Part shown: in pieces, positions 33,212 to 44,213 of the stretch
Position numbering within the stretch: the stretch's first letter is position 1
Layout: each line of letters opens with the position of its first letter
Origin: Naegleria gruberi
Taxonomy: Eukaryota
Length of the DNA: 64,000 nt
Strand: one strand, 5' to 3'
Assembly (NCBI GenBank): GCA_000004985.1
Contig: GG738935.1
Notes under the pieces: model-generated
Told to the model about the DNA's origin: nothing
The model's database searches: none
Seen by the model: only the letters and a program-made list of their open reading frames with translations
Position numbers and translations under genes: made by a program

Positions 33212-36089
33212 TTACACTTTTTGGTTTAAAATTGTGAAAAGTCTGATTTGCTTGGAATCAACCCAAGGAACACGTGTTGACATCTTGACATAAACACATC
33301 CCCAAACAAAAGTAATAATAAATGTATCAATCTTTGGATTTCCTTGGAAAGTTCTAATGATAATTGTGTGAGGAACAGGTAATAAACCAACCAAAGTAGT
33401 ATTCTTCAAATATACAATAACATCTTCCTCAGTAGCATATTCCTTAGAACAAATTCTTTCAATATCAGGTGAAAGAGTATTAATAAGTGTAATGATAGTA
33501 TAAATTGGAAGTCTTGGTCTCCATGATTGAACCCATTCATGTGTTGGTAGGAAAGGTTCAGGTAATGGTTGATTTTGATTTTCAGCAATCTTCTGTTCAT
33601 GTCTCTTTAAAATAGCTGTTCTAATTGGTTCCAATTCTGGATCCTTTTCAAGATCTTGGAAGAGTTTACCTCTTCTAAGAATTGAATAAATAACATGCAC
33701 ATTTCCTTCATATTGGTATTGAATGATATTGTTAAAAACTTCTAATAATAGGGCTACAAATTGATGATTTCTTTCACTACTGTAAAGGAATCTTGGAGAG
33801 GCAAATGCTTCGAATAAGTTCAAAAGTTTAACACTTGAAAGCATGGTTAAGGATTTGGTATAAGGAGAAATGTTGGCAATGATGGTGAGCATACAATCGT
33901 ACAATCCACGAATGGCTCCCTTATCAGTAACCATGACCTTGTTAAAGAACAAGATCAACAAATCAGCATAGTTACCTTCGAATGCAGGAACATCTAATGG
34001 AGCTGTGATCTTGTATGGTTGATTGAGGGCAACACCGAATTCTCTGTTACCACTCAATAATAAAACAGTGAATGAGGCTAATTGAACAATAGGGAATTTG
34101 GTAATTTGCTTACTATGAAGTTGGATGATGAAAAGCAAAGGAACCAAAAGATCAGTAATATTCAATTCCTTACAAGCAAAGATTCTGAAAACTGGAGCTT
34201 CTCCAAGAATCAACCAGAAGAGCAACAAAACTTCCTCATAGAATTCAATCAATTTTTGAGAACTTGGTAAATATGTATAATGAGAATCAACAACATTTCT
34301 CAAGAGAAGTGTAAGCTTGGAATATAAATGAGTCATATCTACAGTATTGTTGAATTGATGTTGTAAAATTTGATGATAAATATTAGTTTGATTCTTTGGC
34401 TTGTGTTGCAACAACACTGACATCATGTGCAGAGAGGTTTCGATATATTGAGTGTAGTAATCAGTGAAAAGTTGGGATGAATATGGAAGAGAACCTCTTG
34501 GATCATAAGCTGTCACAAAATTCAACAAAGAGTAGAGTAAATTATGAGCATTTGGAATCTTGTCAGAAACAGCAATACTCAAGAATTTGTTATCATATTC
34601 AGCGCAGATTTCAGCATCCTGGTATAAAACACTTGAGAAACAGGTGAGCATACATCTCAAAATATCATTTCTATTTTCCATTTGCTCCCATGATGCAGAA
34701 CGGAGTGGCTTACCATGTGTGGCCATACCAGTTTGCCACAAAACTGATTCATCCAAAGTATCAGTCTTAATCAAAATTTGTTCTTCGTGCAATTGACTAA
34801 TTGGAACAGTAAAATCAGGAAGGAACAAACATCTCATCAAAGTTTGAATCATAACTTCAGCAAGACTGGTTGTAAGATTAGTGTCAGCAATTTTCAAAAT
34901 TGGAAGAAGTTTGCTGGCTGATTCTTGAGTAGTTTGAACAACTGATGTGGATTCTTGTTGAACTGGTTCTTGAGAAGCTTCAACTGGTGTAGCTTCTTGT
35001 TGAGTTGTTTCTTCTTTAACTTCCTCTTGTTTTGGTTCCTCTGGAGTTGTTTCTTTAACTTCCTCTTTTGGTTCTTCCTTGGTTTCTTCTTGTTTTGGTT
35101 CCTCTGGAGTTTCTTCAACTGTTTCAGTGGTTGTTGATGATTCTTCAGTTGTAGAAGCTTGACTAGAAACCTCTGTTGGTGTTTCAGTTTTTTCTTCCTC
35201 AACTACTTTTTCCTCTTCCTTTGCATTTCCTCCCTTCTTATTCTTTTTCTTATTCTTCTTTTTCTTTTTAGAACTTGTTTCAACAACTGGTTTTGGTGTT
35301 TCCTTTGGTGTTTCTTTTGGAGTTTCCTTTGGAACTTCAGGTTCCTTTTCCTTGACAGGTTCTTCAACCTTTGGTTCTACTGTTTCCTTTGGTGGTTCAG
35401 TAGTAGATTCTGTTGATTTTTCTTCTGTTGTTACTTCTGGTTGTTCTTCTAATTTTTCTTCAACTTTTTCCTTCAATTGTTCAATTCCTTGTTTGATTTG
35501 TTCGATTTGTTCAGTTGTTGCAGTTGAAGCTGGTTCTGTTGGATTTTCTTCCGATGGAGTTGTGGTAGTTGTGTCTGGTGTTGTTTCCTGTTGTTTTGTT
35601 TCTTCTTGCTTTGTTTCGATTGGTTTTGTGGCCCCACCAACTACAGATTGCAAACCTGCAGATCCAGGTAAGACATTATTAAAGAACAAATCAGTAACAA
35701 ATCCATCATTATCATGTTCAAAAACAAAAGGAAGAATCCTTGTTAATAGGTGAAGAGAATTCTTGGCGCTAGTACTCTCAGCAGAGTAATTCTTTGGCTG
35801 TGAAAAAAGGTATAATTGTTCAATACACTATTATCATTGCACAATAGGAGATAAATTTAACATTAAATTTTGTAAAGCTTACCTTATATATTATCGTTCC
35901 TAGATTCGCAGGTTGTGATATTCTCAAAGAACGAATATCATCAGGTGTAATAATCGAGAAAATATCATCAATAGACAAAGGTTGGATGAATAGATGTTTC
36001 CAAAAATTGTGTTCATTGTGCTTTATGTAATTTTCTCCCAACTTGGAGAACATAGTCTTGAATTCAATCTTTGAATCGGATGATCCCAT
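33212..36089 (-). CDS. HID1: HID1 (Golgi HID1/DMC1-family) homolog. Two exons, 36089..35883 and 35797..33212, with a large K/E/P/T-rich insertion.
   Basis: Exon 1 MGSSDSKIEFKTMFSKLGENYIKHNEHNFWKHLF...ANLGTIIYK has an N-myristoylation-type MGxxxS start, as HID1 does, and ends with donor GTAAGC (complement of 35877-35882). The 85-nt intron has acceptor CACAG (complement of 35798-35801). Exon 2 PKNYSAESTSAKNSLHLLTRILPFVFEHDNDGFVTDLFFNNVLPGS... matches the conserved HID1 N-terminal region (LLTRVLPYIFED..). The remaining roughly 560 aa are Hid1/Dymeclin-type helical. Track ORFs 35820..36089 and 33212..35689 are the two exons. Confidence 0.7.
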
Positions 36090-36431
36090 TCTTGATGATC
36101 AATTAATGTTTCTTCTTGTTTTAATGTGAGGTGATGATGAACAAAAAGATTTAATTCGTCTTTTGATCAAAGTAACAAAAATTTTTAATTTTTTTTATAT
36201 CGAAAATGCTTCTAATTGATACTGCTCTGGCCAAAGGCAAAAGAAAAATGACGTCAGAAACAAGGCTGTGTGAGTCATGACCTGAAGAATAGCACAACTA
36301 TAAATCCTTTATTGATTCTAATAAAAATCACTAATAATAATACAATAATAATGATATTTATCAAAGCCTATTTTAATTTATGTTTATTAAACTTCGAGTC
36401 TTTTGAGGAAGGTTAATTGTTTTTGAAAAAA

Positions 36432-37189
36432 ATGTCATCTAAACAACAACCCTTTTCTTTCCAGTCCATTGCTTTGGGTCGGAAAAGTGCAACAACCACT
36501 TCTGCATCAGAGACTTCCTCTCCCGAGAAAATTGTATTAGAAAAATTGTATGAATTATATCATAAAAAGTTTTTGGAAAAAGTAAAGGAATGGAATCGAG
36601 TACATGAAAAGAGCATTGAACATTTTTCGGAATATATTCAATTAATTCAATTATTAAATAGAGTAAAACCAAATACTGAGAATGAGTTGAGTCAATCATT
36701 ATCAAATGATTCTACCATGATGGATATTTCAATTACTAAAAAGCTCAAACAGGCTCATTCATCTCTTTTGGAATGTATTGAAGAATGTAGGTTTCATCAT
36801 TATTATTGAAAATTTACAATTTTTCAGTCTTTACAATTGTATATGATTTGAAGGAAGTGGTGAGTGAAATGAAACTAAAAATCCAAGAAAGTCAATCATC
36901 TAATTCAGATATTAGTAAAAGTATTTTGGCATTGTCAGAGAAAGGTGACTATAACATGTTAAGTAATGCTTTTGATTATGTGAGGTATGCCACCACTTAC
37001 CTGCGCATGTTAGAAAATGAATTGGATTTCAAAACGATTACCTTCCAAAGTTTGAACGAATTAGAATCTCAATATGTCCTCAATACCTACATGATTGCTT
37101 GGAAGAAACAATCCTTCATTGATGAGAATAAGCTTCGCCAATTAGAAATGGAATATCACATGCACGACAAGGCCACAACCAATCTTTGA
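36432..37189 (+). CDS. Hypothetical coiled-coil protein, about 250 aa; two exons 36432..36786 and 36828..37189.
   Basis: ATG at 36432 (MSSKQQPFSF; the track start 36417 is TTG). Donor GTAGGT at 36787 and acceptor TTTTCAG at 36827 (41-nt intron) join ..LLECIEE-FTIVYDLKEVV.. in frame. This merges track ORFs 36417..36809 and 36806..37189. Confidence 0.45.
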
Positions 37190-37393
37190 GCTAATTGTCA
37201 TTCCACACTTGACATCTTTTTTACTAGTATCTTCTTGATCCATAAGAAACTCAAGAAAGATATTGGATCTGATTTTTTGATAGTATCTCGATTATTAATA
37301 CTTTCCAATCAAAACTTAATAGTGAAAGTCATAACCTAAAAATCTTCCAAATTCTGACAAGATTATTTTGGTCATTAAACAACAATAACAAAA

Positions 37394-39473
37394 ATGCTCA
37401 ACAATCCAACAGAGTCGGAGAGGACGAATGCAATACAATATGGAGATTTAATCGGTACTGATGTTGTTTCCAATGCTAATAAACAACAAGAAATTTCAGA
37501 AAATGTGAATAGTCATCATCATGATGCTAATCAAATCATTAATAATACCGAAATTGTTGATGATCAACGCCAGAATAAATCAAATCCGAATAATACTACC
37601 AACACAACCACCACAACAACATCTACAGCTGTAAATAATAATAATAACAAAATCGAGGAAGAAGAAGAATTGAATGAAACTACACGCGATATTATTCAAA
37701 AAATTAGAAAATTAGGAGAGGAACCATCATCACCAACTGAATCACCATATATCGATTTTGCGGTAGATTGTGACTGTACAGTTGCAGGAGCTGCTCTTAG
37801 GAATGGAATGGATATTGACGATTTCCTAAATGCCAATCCCGAATATTCACTATTGGATAGACTTGATGGAGGAACAAAAGTTAAAATTAAGAATGAAAAA
37901 CACTTTGAACAAAGAATTAGAAGAGAGGAACGTAAATCACAAATCTATACACTAATGAAACAGTTGGAAGATGAGGAAAGAAAACAGGAGGAAAGGAAAA
38001 AGAAGGAGGAATCGGAACGTCTTGCTTTGCAAATTCAATCACAACAGGCAGTTCTCCAAGAAATTGGTAGAAGGAGCAGAGCATCTTCTAATGCTGCAAA
38101 TAAGGAATCACACCTGACAACATCAGCATTCAACTTTGCTGATAACGTTGTTGAATCAGTTGGAAATACTGCTGTTAATATTGCCTCTGGTGTTGCACAT
38201 GGAGTAGGAAATGTCACAAGAGCTTCAACTAATGTGGTTGGCTCTGTTGCTTCAGGTATGGCCACTGGAGTGGGAACAGTTGCTTCGGGAGTTTCAAATG
38301 GTGTAGGAACAGTTGCCTCAGGTGTTGGTAGTGTGGCTGAATCTGTTGCTTCAGGAGTTGCATCCGTTGGTAAAGGTTTTTGGAATATTGTAGGATTTAG
38401 AAGTAGATCTGGATCAAATGCTCAACCATTCGTTGAAGAATTGGATGATCGCTCACCACCAATTAGCCCTAACAATTCAAGCCCTAAACAAACCGTTTCC
38501 ACAACCACCACTACTAGCAATATAGAAGTGGAAAGGACAAGAGGAAGATCTAGCTCCTTCCTCTCTATCCTTCCATTTACTGGTGAAGTTATTGAGCCAT
38601 ATATTACACCTCCCCAAAAGTCATCTGCTACCTCAAAAACAGTTGGCACTCCAACTGAGGATCACAATCATCTTTCAACAAAATCTGGAAGCCCACCAGT
38701 CCAACAATTCCACTACCCAAAGAATTTACATCACGATATGATGATGCACTTTAAGACTCCACAAGTTTTAGAGGCCACTAGTCCAGTTTCATTGAAAGAA
38801 TCACAATTGAGGGAATTATCTCTTTCATTCCCTCTAAGGTTCCGTAATAAGAATTTAGTTTTATTGTACTCTACCCAAGAACATGGTATCAGCTTACTTA
38901 CATTGTACAGAAAAGTTGCTGAAAATCAACCAATAATTATTGTAGTGGAAACAACACATGGCGAAGTATTTGGAGCCTTTTTAACTTGCGAGATTGAATT
39001 GACAAAGAGAGTAAGTTTTTTCACAATTTTGACACATTTTACAATTACTATAATAGGATAAATATTATGGAGATGCTGAGTCTTTTGTTTTCAAATTTGA
39101 CAAACAAAAAGAAGAGGAAGAAAAGGAAGAACCTGAAGATCATGAAGATTTTGTCCTTGTAGAACACCCACTTAAAGATAACAAACCACAACCAACCATT
39201 CATGCCTACAAATGGATGAAGACAAATGAATATTTCCAATTGTCATCTGCAAAACAATTAGCAGTTGGTGGAGGAGGAGATGGATTTGCCTTTACGTTGG
39301 ATGCCGATCTTAAATATGGATCTTCACACAAAAGCGAAACCTATGGAAATGATCCACTCACTTCGACAACAGACTTTGAAATTTATTCAGTTGAGGCGTT
39401 TACACTAGAGACACTCACCACTCATTCCTCAGCACATCTTACAAAGCATCAATCTCTAAAGTTGATTAATTAA
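37394..39473 (+). CDS. OXR1/NCOA7-like protein with a C-terminal TLDc domain; two exons 37394..39010 and 39057..39473. It has a degenerate LysM-like segment and an internal 11-residue Gly/Val/Ala/Ser repeat.
   Basis: TLDc hallmarks LVLLYSTQEHGISLLTLYRKV....PIIIVVETTHGEVFGAFLTCEIEL and, after a 46-nt GTAAGT...TAATAG intron, YYGDAESFVFKF....YFQLSSAKQLAVGGGGDGFAFTLDADLKYGSS..NDPL.....FEIYSVEAF. Repeat VGNVTRASTNV/VGSVASGMATG/VGTVASGVSNG/VGTVASGVGSV/AESVASGVASV at about nt 38155-38390. Confidence 0.8.
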
Positions 39474-39746
39474 TAAATTATTGAGTTGAATTGATGTCAT
39501 AACAAGTAATTTCTGGATCATATTTGAGAAAGGTTTTGTTTATTTTATTGTGGAATGGTTCATAAATAAGGGTCGAATTATTTAAATAGTATCATTGATA
39601 GAATACAAGCAGCCACTGACACTGTAACATTATCTTCTCCATATATCTGGACAAGTTTAGTTTTCTTTGGTCCTTCAGATGAAACTGCCTCAATAACAGT
39701 ACAAATTCTTTTTTAACCTTAGTATTAAATTTCATTTGAAAATCAC

Positions 39747-40573
39747 TTACAAATTAATAATAAACAATTGAGTCACATTGTCAAATGTTGAAAATGAAAG
39801 AATGCCATTCACTTCAAAATATCTCAGATAAATAAAACTGAAAATAAATCCACCCAAAAACATTCCCAAACTTCCAACCAATGATTTTGAATTAGAGAAT
39901 CTAAAACTATCTCCATAACTTCTTCCAATAATATCTGCAAATCCATCACCTCCACACAAGATCATTAACGAAACTATTGCTTTTGGATCATTTCTCCAAA
40001 AGAGAACAGTACTCAACACAAATACCAATCCATAAATTGTGGGTCCTTTGAGAATTTCCTTTGGATCTCCAGATCTCGATAATGTCCTAACAAGTAATTC
40101 ATTCTTTGCAATACCCAATCCTATTCAAATATTATAATTTTCATTAAATTCATTACAATCAAATATTAATTATTAAATCAAACATTAATAAATCCAAAAA
40201 TCAAACACAAACCCAACAAGACAAAATAAAAAGTCAAAAATCCAGGAACCAAAGCACATATCACTCTCGATTTCAATGAATTTCCCTCAAATAAATTCCA
40301 AAACAACAAGTAAACAGGTCCCATGAATATATGAACCAATTTTCTTCTCACCTTCTCTGGTAACAATTTCCCAATCAATTCCAATCCAATCAATGTTGCC
40401 ACCGATCCAACAATTGTTATCAATAGGGCCACAAAATCCCTACTCGAATCCTTGTCTGCATCCAACCAAACCATTGCTTGTTGTAATATTTGCATTAGAC
40501 AATTATTAATCCAAAGAAAGGTTGAATCGAGTGGGAAATTGTTTTGATCACCGTTCCGAGCCAGCATGTTCAT
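39747..40573 (-). CDS. CTP-dependent polyprenol kinase of the VTE5/farnesol-kinase/dolichol-kinase family (about 245 aa, multi-pass membrane); two exons 40573..40213 and 40120..39747.
   Basis: ATG at 40573. Exon 1 has RKLVHIFMGPVYLLFWNLF (family RK.VH motif) and ends ..FVLLG with donor GTTTGT. The 92-nt intron ends with acceptor GAATAG. Exon 2 LGIAKNELL...EILKGPTIYGLVFVL...LMILCGGDGFADIIGRSYG carries the GDG.AD..GR catalytic signature. The spliced junction VLLGLGIAK mirrors the LLGLGLYK of plant VTE5. Confidence 0.7.
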
Positions 40574-41252
40574 TTCAGTTGAGATGTAACAGTAGTAGTG
40601 TGATGATGAGTATTTGAATGAGAAAAATCTGTGTGTGTTTTACTCTCTATTTTTTTTAAAAAGCCCAAAAGAATACTTTGTAATGTTCATTCATATATTT
40701 GTACTTTTAATTTCTTGACATGGTAATTTGACACTTGATTTGGTTCTTCATTATTAATTGTTTTACACAGCCAAATTATCATGTTCATTTATTAATCCTC
40801 TCCTTAACAGCCATGATAATTTGTGTGTCCACATTTTTTCATTCATTTGGTTTAATAGCCAAACACTAAATTATGAGGTAGCCTCGGAATAAAATTCGAA
40901 TTGACTACGAATTGATTCGCCAGTGCTGCTTGAAGCGTGTTTTGTATTTTTGTTGATGATGGTTCGCCAACTTATGGGACCAACCATGGCATCCTTATTT
41001 ACAATTTCTTAACCACCTCAATATTATTTATTAGGAGACTCTTTTGGTTTTGACAAATAAGTCTTGCCAACCCTCATTTTTAGATAAAATTACTAAACGC
41101 GGTACCAGCAGAGGTAAAGTCAAATATTTTCCCTGAATTGTATGGATAAGAAACTAATCATGTTAAGATAAACACAAGTAAAAACAGATATGGATATCAA
41201 AGTATTCATATAGTGCACATATGATTTTGAATAATAAATTAAACTTAAAAAA

Positions 41253-42392
41253 ATGTCAACAAGTGCTTCTTCATCAACCGTTCAACAAGTTGTTAGAAAG
41301 AGCTTTCAATTTGAAGTTTTGGGATTTTTGGAATCAGTCTTTAAACAAAAAACAGGATGTCCTCGACAATCTCTCATCGTTCCGAAGGCTAGAGGAAGAC
41401 TTTTATTAAAATTTGGAGGTTTTACAAGCAATACACAACATTTTGTGGAGGGTTTGGAAGGATTTTCTCACATTTGGTTATTCTGGGTTTTCCATCAAAA
41501 TAATAATTTAGCTGCTCCGAATGATGAAAATGATAATGCAGCATCATCAGGGACAGAATTAACCAAATTTCAAATGATGCAAAAGGCTAAAGTTCGTCCA
41601 CCAAGAATGAACGGAAAGAAAATTGGTTCCTTGAGTTGTAGAGCTCCATATAGACCAAATCCTTTAGGAATGAGTGTTGTTAAATTGGATAGAATTGAAA
41701 GAGATGAAAATAATAATGCAATTTTACATTTATCAGGAATTGATTTAGTTGATGGAACTCCTATTGTTGATATTAAACCATACATTCCAGAATATGATAT
41801 GGTTATGGAACAACCTCTCTCATTACCTCTTCTTAAAGAAATTGTGAAGAAATATTTTGAAGAAAACTCGGAAAACTCAACAAAGAAACGAAAGACTGAT
41901 GAAGAAACTAGTTCATCAATTCCAAGTGCCTCCACTGTTGAACTCGATGATAGTACTGATAGTAATTTATTTGCCAAAGTTGCAGATTGGATGGAAAATA
42001 TGCCAAGAAAACAACAAGAAATTACACAAGTGAAATTCACAGAACGATCATTAGAAATGATTGAAACTCTATTGAAAAAATCCACATTTTACAAGACAGT
42101 CGATGAAGTTAAATCACTCTTTGAAGATTTAATTAAATTAGATCCAAGAAGCAAATATCGTAGAGAGAAATGTCAAGAAGAACTCTTTGGAATTCACGTT
42201 GATGTTTTCAATATTTTGTGTCGAGTGAATGAGAATGTCTGTACAATTGAAGAGATTGAAGATTGGAGTAATGGATCACCATATACTAAAGAAGAGCTCA
42301 AAGAAAGGACAAAGAGACACAGAAATGCAATGAAAGAAGCCAAACTCAAACAGCAAGAAAGTTCAACAGAACAACCATCCAAAGATGAATAA
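41253..42392 (+). CDS. TRMO: tRNA (adenine37-N6)-methyltransferase TrmO/TsaA (YaeB/UPF0066 family) with a long charged C-terminal extension.
   Basis: ATG at 41253. Family signature RAPYRPNPLGMSVVKLDRIE....LHLSGIDLVDGTPIVDIKPYIPEYD matches the TsaA beta-barrel core (RPNPIGLS.VKL....L.V.G.DLLDGTPVLDIKPY). Confidence 0.8.
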   Translation: MSTSASSSTVQQVVRKSFQFEVLGFLESVFKQKTGCPRQSLIVPKARGRLLLKFGGFTSNTQHFVEGLEGFSHIWLFWVFHQNNNLAAPNDENDNAASSGTELTKFQMMQKAKVRPPRMNGKKIGSLSCRAPYRPNPLGMSVVKLDRIERDENNNAILHLSGIDLVDGTPIVDIKPYIPEYDMVMEQPLSLPLLKEIVKKYFEENSENSTKKRKTDEETSSSIPSASTVELDDSTDSNLFAKVADWMENMPRKQQEITQVKFTERSLEMIETLLKKSTFYKTVDEVKSLFEDLIKLDPRSKYRREKCQEELFGIHVDVFNILCRVNENVCTIEEIEDWSNGSPYTKEELKERTKRHRNAMKEAKLKQQESSTEQPSKDE

Positions 42393-42437
42393 AACTTGGA
42401 TTGGCGCCAAATAAATTAAATAATTTTTATTAAAAAA

Positions 42438-42809
42438 ATGCCAGAACAACCAGTGGTCGATCTTGAAAAGGCCATAACACAAGAGGAAAACAACATTTTT
42501 GAAAAGGTGAAACAAAGTGGAGAAATGGAAAGATTAAAGGAATTATTAAAATTGAGATTGGAAGAAAATGGATGGCATGCTAGAGTTTCGGAAGCCTTTA
42601 AAAAAACAATGGAAGAACAAGAGTTTGGACAACTATCGATACCAGGAATAGTACATGATATGCTTCCAATCGCAAGATCCGAGATTCCTACAAGTGTAAA
42701 AGTTGAAGTTATACAACAAATTAATAATTTTCTTTCTAAAGATCTAGAGTATGCTGATTTGTTTTCGATAACCACAACCCCACAGCCAACAACACCTCCT
42801 AAAAAGTAA
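42438..42809 (+). CDS. ENY2: ENY2/Sus1 transcription and mRNA-export factor (SAGA DUB module / TREX-2 subunit) with a short Thr/Pro tail.
   Basis: ATG at 42438. GEMERLKELLKLRLEENGWHARVSEAFKKTMEEQEFGQLSIPGIVHDMLPIARSEIPTSVKVEVIQQINNFL aligns with ENY2 (GERERLKELLRAKLIECGW.....[34 protein letters not shown]). Confidence 0.85.
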   Translation: MPEQPVVDLEKAITQEENNIFEKVKQSGEMERLKELLKLRLEENGWHARVSEAFKKTMEEQEFGQLSIPGIVHDMLPIARSEIPTSVKVEVIQQINNFLSKDLEYADLFSITTTPQPTTPPKK

Positions 42810-43243
42810 ATACTACCCGATATTTTGTGCTGGATTGATTAATAACAATATAGATAATAATTATTTAAAAATTGAAGAGCTTGATCGGAATCAAGGAACC
42901 ATAAGTGATATGTCTTGCACTGTACTTACATGTATTATAAAAATGATTTTTAACTTATTTCAATAATATTTATTAATTATTATTACGATGACCTTCATTA
43001 ATTATTACATTTACTTTGAATTCATTAATGGAATTTTAATAAAATGGTTATGGAACATTAATAGGTGCCAAGTTAGTTTCCCGCCACAAAACTCAACTAC
43101 AGCACGTTACTGAACACCTCAAAGATGGATAAAAAAAACAACAACGTGAGTGGTAGGTTGATTAATAAACATCATGATGTGCTAATCGGAATGAAGAAGC
43201 TGGTGCTTTCTATGATACCTATTATGAGAGAAAGGAAGCCACT

Positions 43244-43966
43244 ATGGCAATGGCAAGGCCAAAACCAAAAACTCAGGAAGAGCAATTTGCTCAAACCGAG
43301 AGGGACATGATTGAAAAGGAGGAAAGAAAAAGATTATATTTAAATAGGAATTATGAAGTACTGAAGGCTGATGCAGAAGTGGCCCTTAAATTGCAACAAG
43401 ATTTATTGGATCAATTCTACTATGAGGATTTGAGAATGAGTTATATACAGGAACGAAGGGAGGAAATAAGGTCTAAACTTCATGAGAGAAGGTTTCAAAG
43501 ACAGCAATTGGAGCAATCTCTCTTATTGGATATGCCTGCAGGAACTAATAGACATCATCTCAACTCTCTAAAAGATAGAGAACACTTGACAAAGTCTCTT
43601 AATACATTTTCTGAAAGCATGATGAATGCCGAAGCATTGAAAACAACAAAGAGAAACACACTCAACCCAGAATACGACCAAGCATTTTGTGAATATTTGT
43701 ACAATAATAAGGATGTGTTACTGAGTAGACATTTACACAGAGATAGAGATAGACAATTCAGAACCCTACAACAAACAAAGAGAACCATCATGGAAGAAGA
43801 TATTGGAACACCTTTCATTAAACAAAAAAAGAAACAAGACCAAGAACGAAAAAAGCAGGAAGAATACCAAGATAAGAAAAAGACTGGTGTTATTGCTGAC
43901 AACAAGGAAGTGTTTGAAGTCATGTCTGAAATTTCCAGGTTTGAGACTGGTTACAATTCAGATTAG
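43244..43966 (+). CDS. Hypothetical charged coiled-coil protein (240 aa). A possible short upstream exon at 43125-43145 (MDKKNNN + GTGAGT) could splice to 43229.
   Basis: Continuous ORF from ATG 43244 (MAMARPKPKTQEEQ..), rich in R/K/E/Q heptads. The upstream exon is inferred only from a GTGAGT donor after ATGGATAAAAAAAACAACAAC and a TATGAG acceptor; it is not required for an intact ORF. Confidence 0.4.
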   Translation: MAMARPKPKTQEEQFAQTERDMIEKEERKRLYLNRNYEVLKADAEVALKLQQDLLDQFYYEDLRMSYIQERREEIRSKLHERRFQRQQLEQSLLLDMPAGTNRHHLNSLKDREHLTKSLNTFSESMMNAEALKTTKRNTLNPEYDQAFCEYLYNNKDVLLSRHLHRDRDRQFRTLQQTKRTIMEEDIGTPFIKQKKKQDQERKKQEEYQDKKKTGVIADNKEVFEVMSEISRFETGYNSD

Positions 43967-44213
43967 GCATGCCAATATTAAACTTTAATTTTTGCAATCT
44001 AACAAACCATTCAGTTGTTCAATTAACAAGCTTTTTTTAGCTTGATGTTCAATTAGTTGCATCAACACCAAACAAATCAAAAATTTACAAAAAAATTTAC
44101 GTCACTTGTTTTTGACTCCTTTTTGCAGCAAAAAGCACATCACAACATTGTTCAGTGGTCGTACTTTACTAACATCATACAAAAAGACAATACATTGTAT
44201 ATAGCTTATTAAA

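Noticed and set aside
34955-35753. Three plus-strand ORFs (34955..35137, 35159..35416, 35352..35753) rich in F/L/W/C
   Set aside because: Antisense to the K/E/P/T-rich low-complexity insertion of the HID1 gene; repeat-driven open frames with no plausible protein character.
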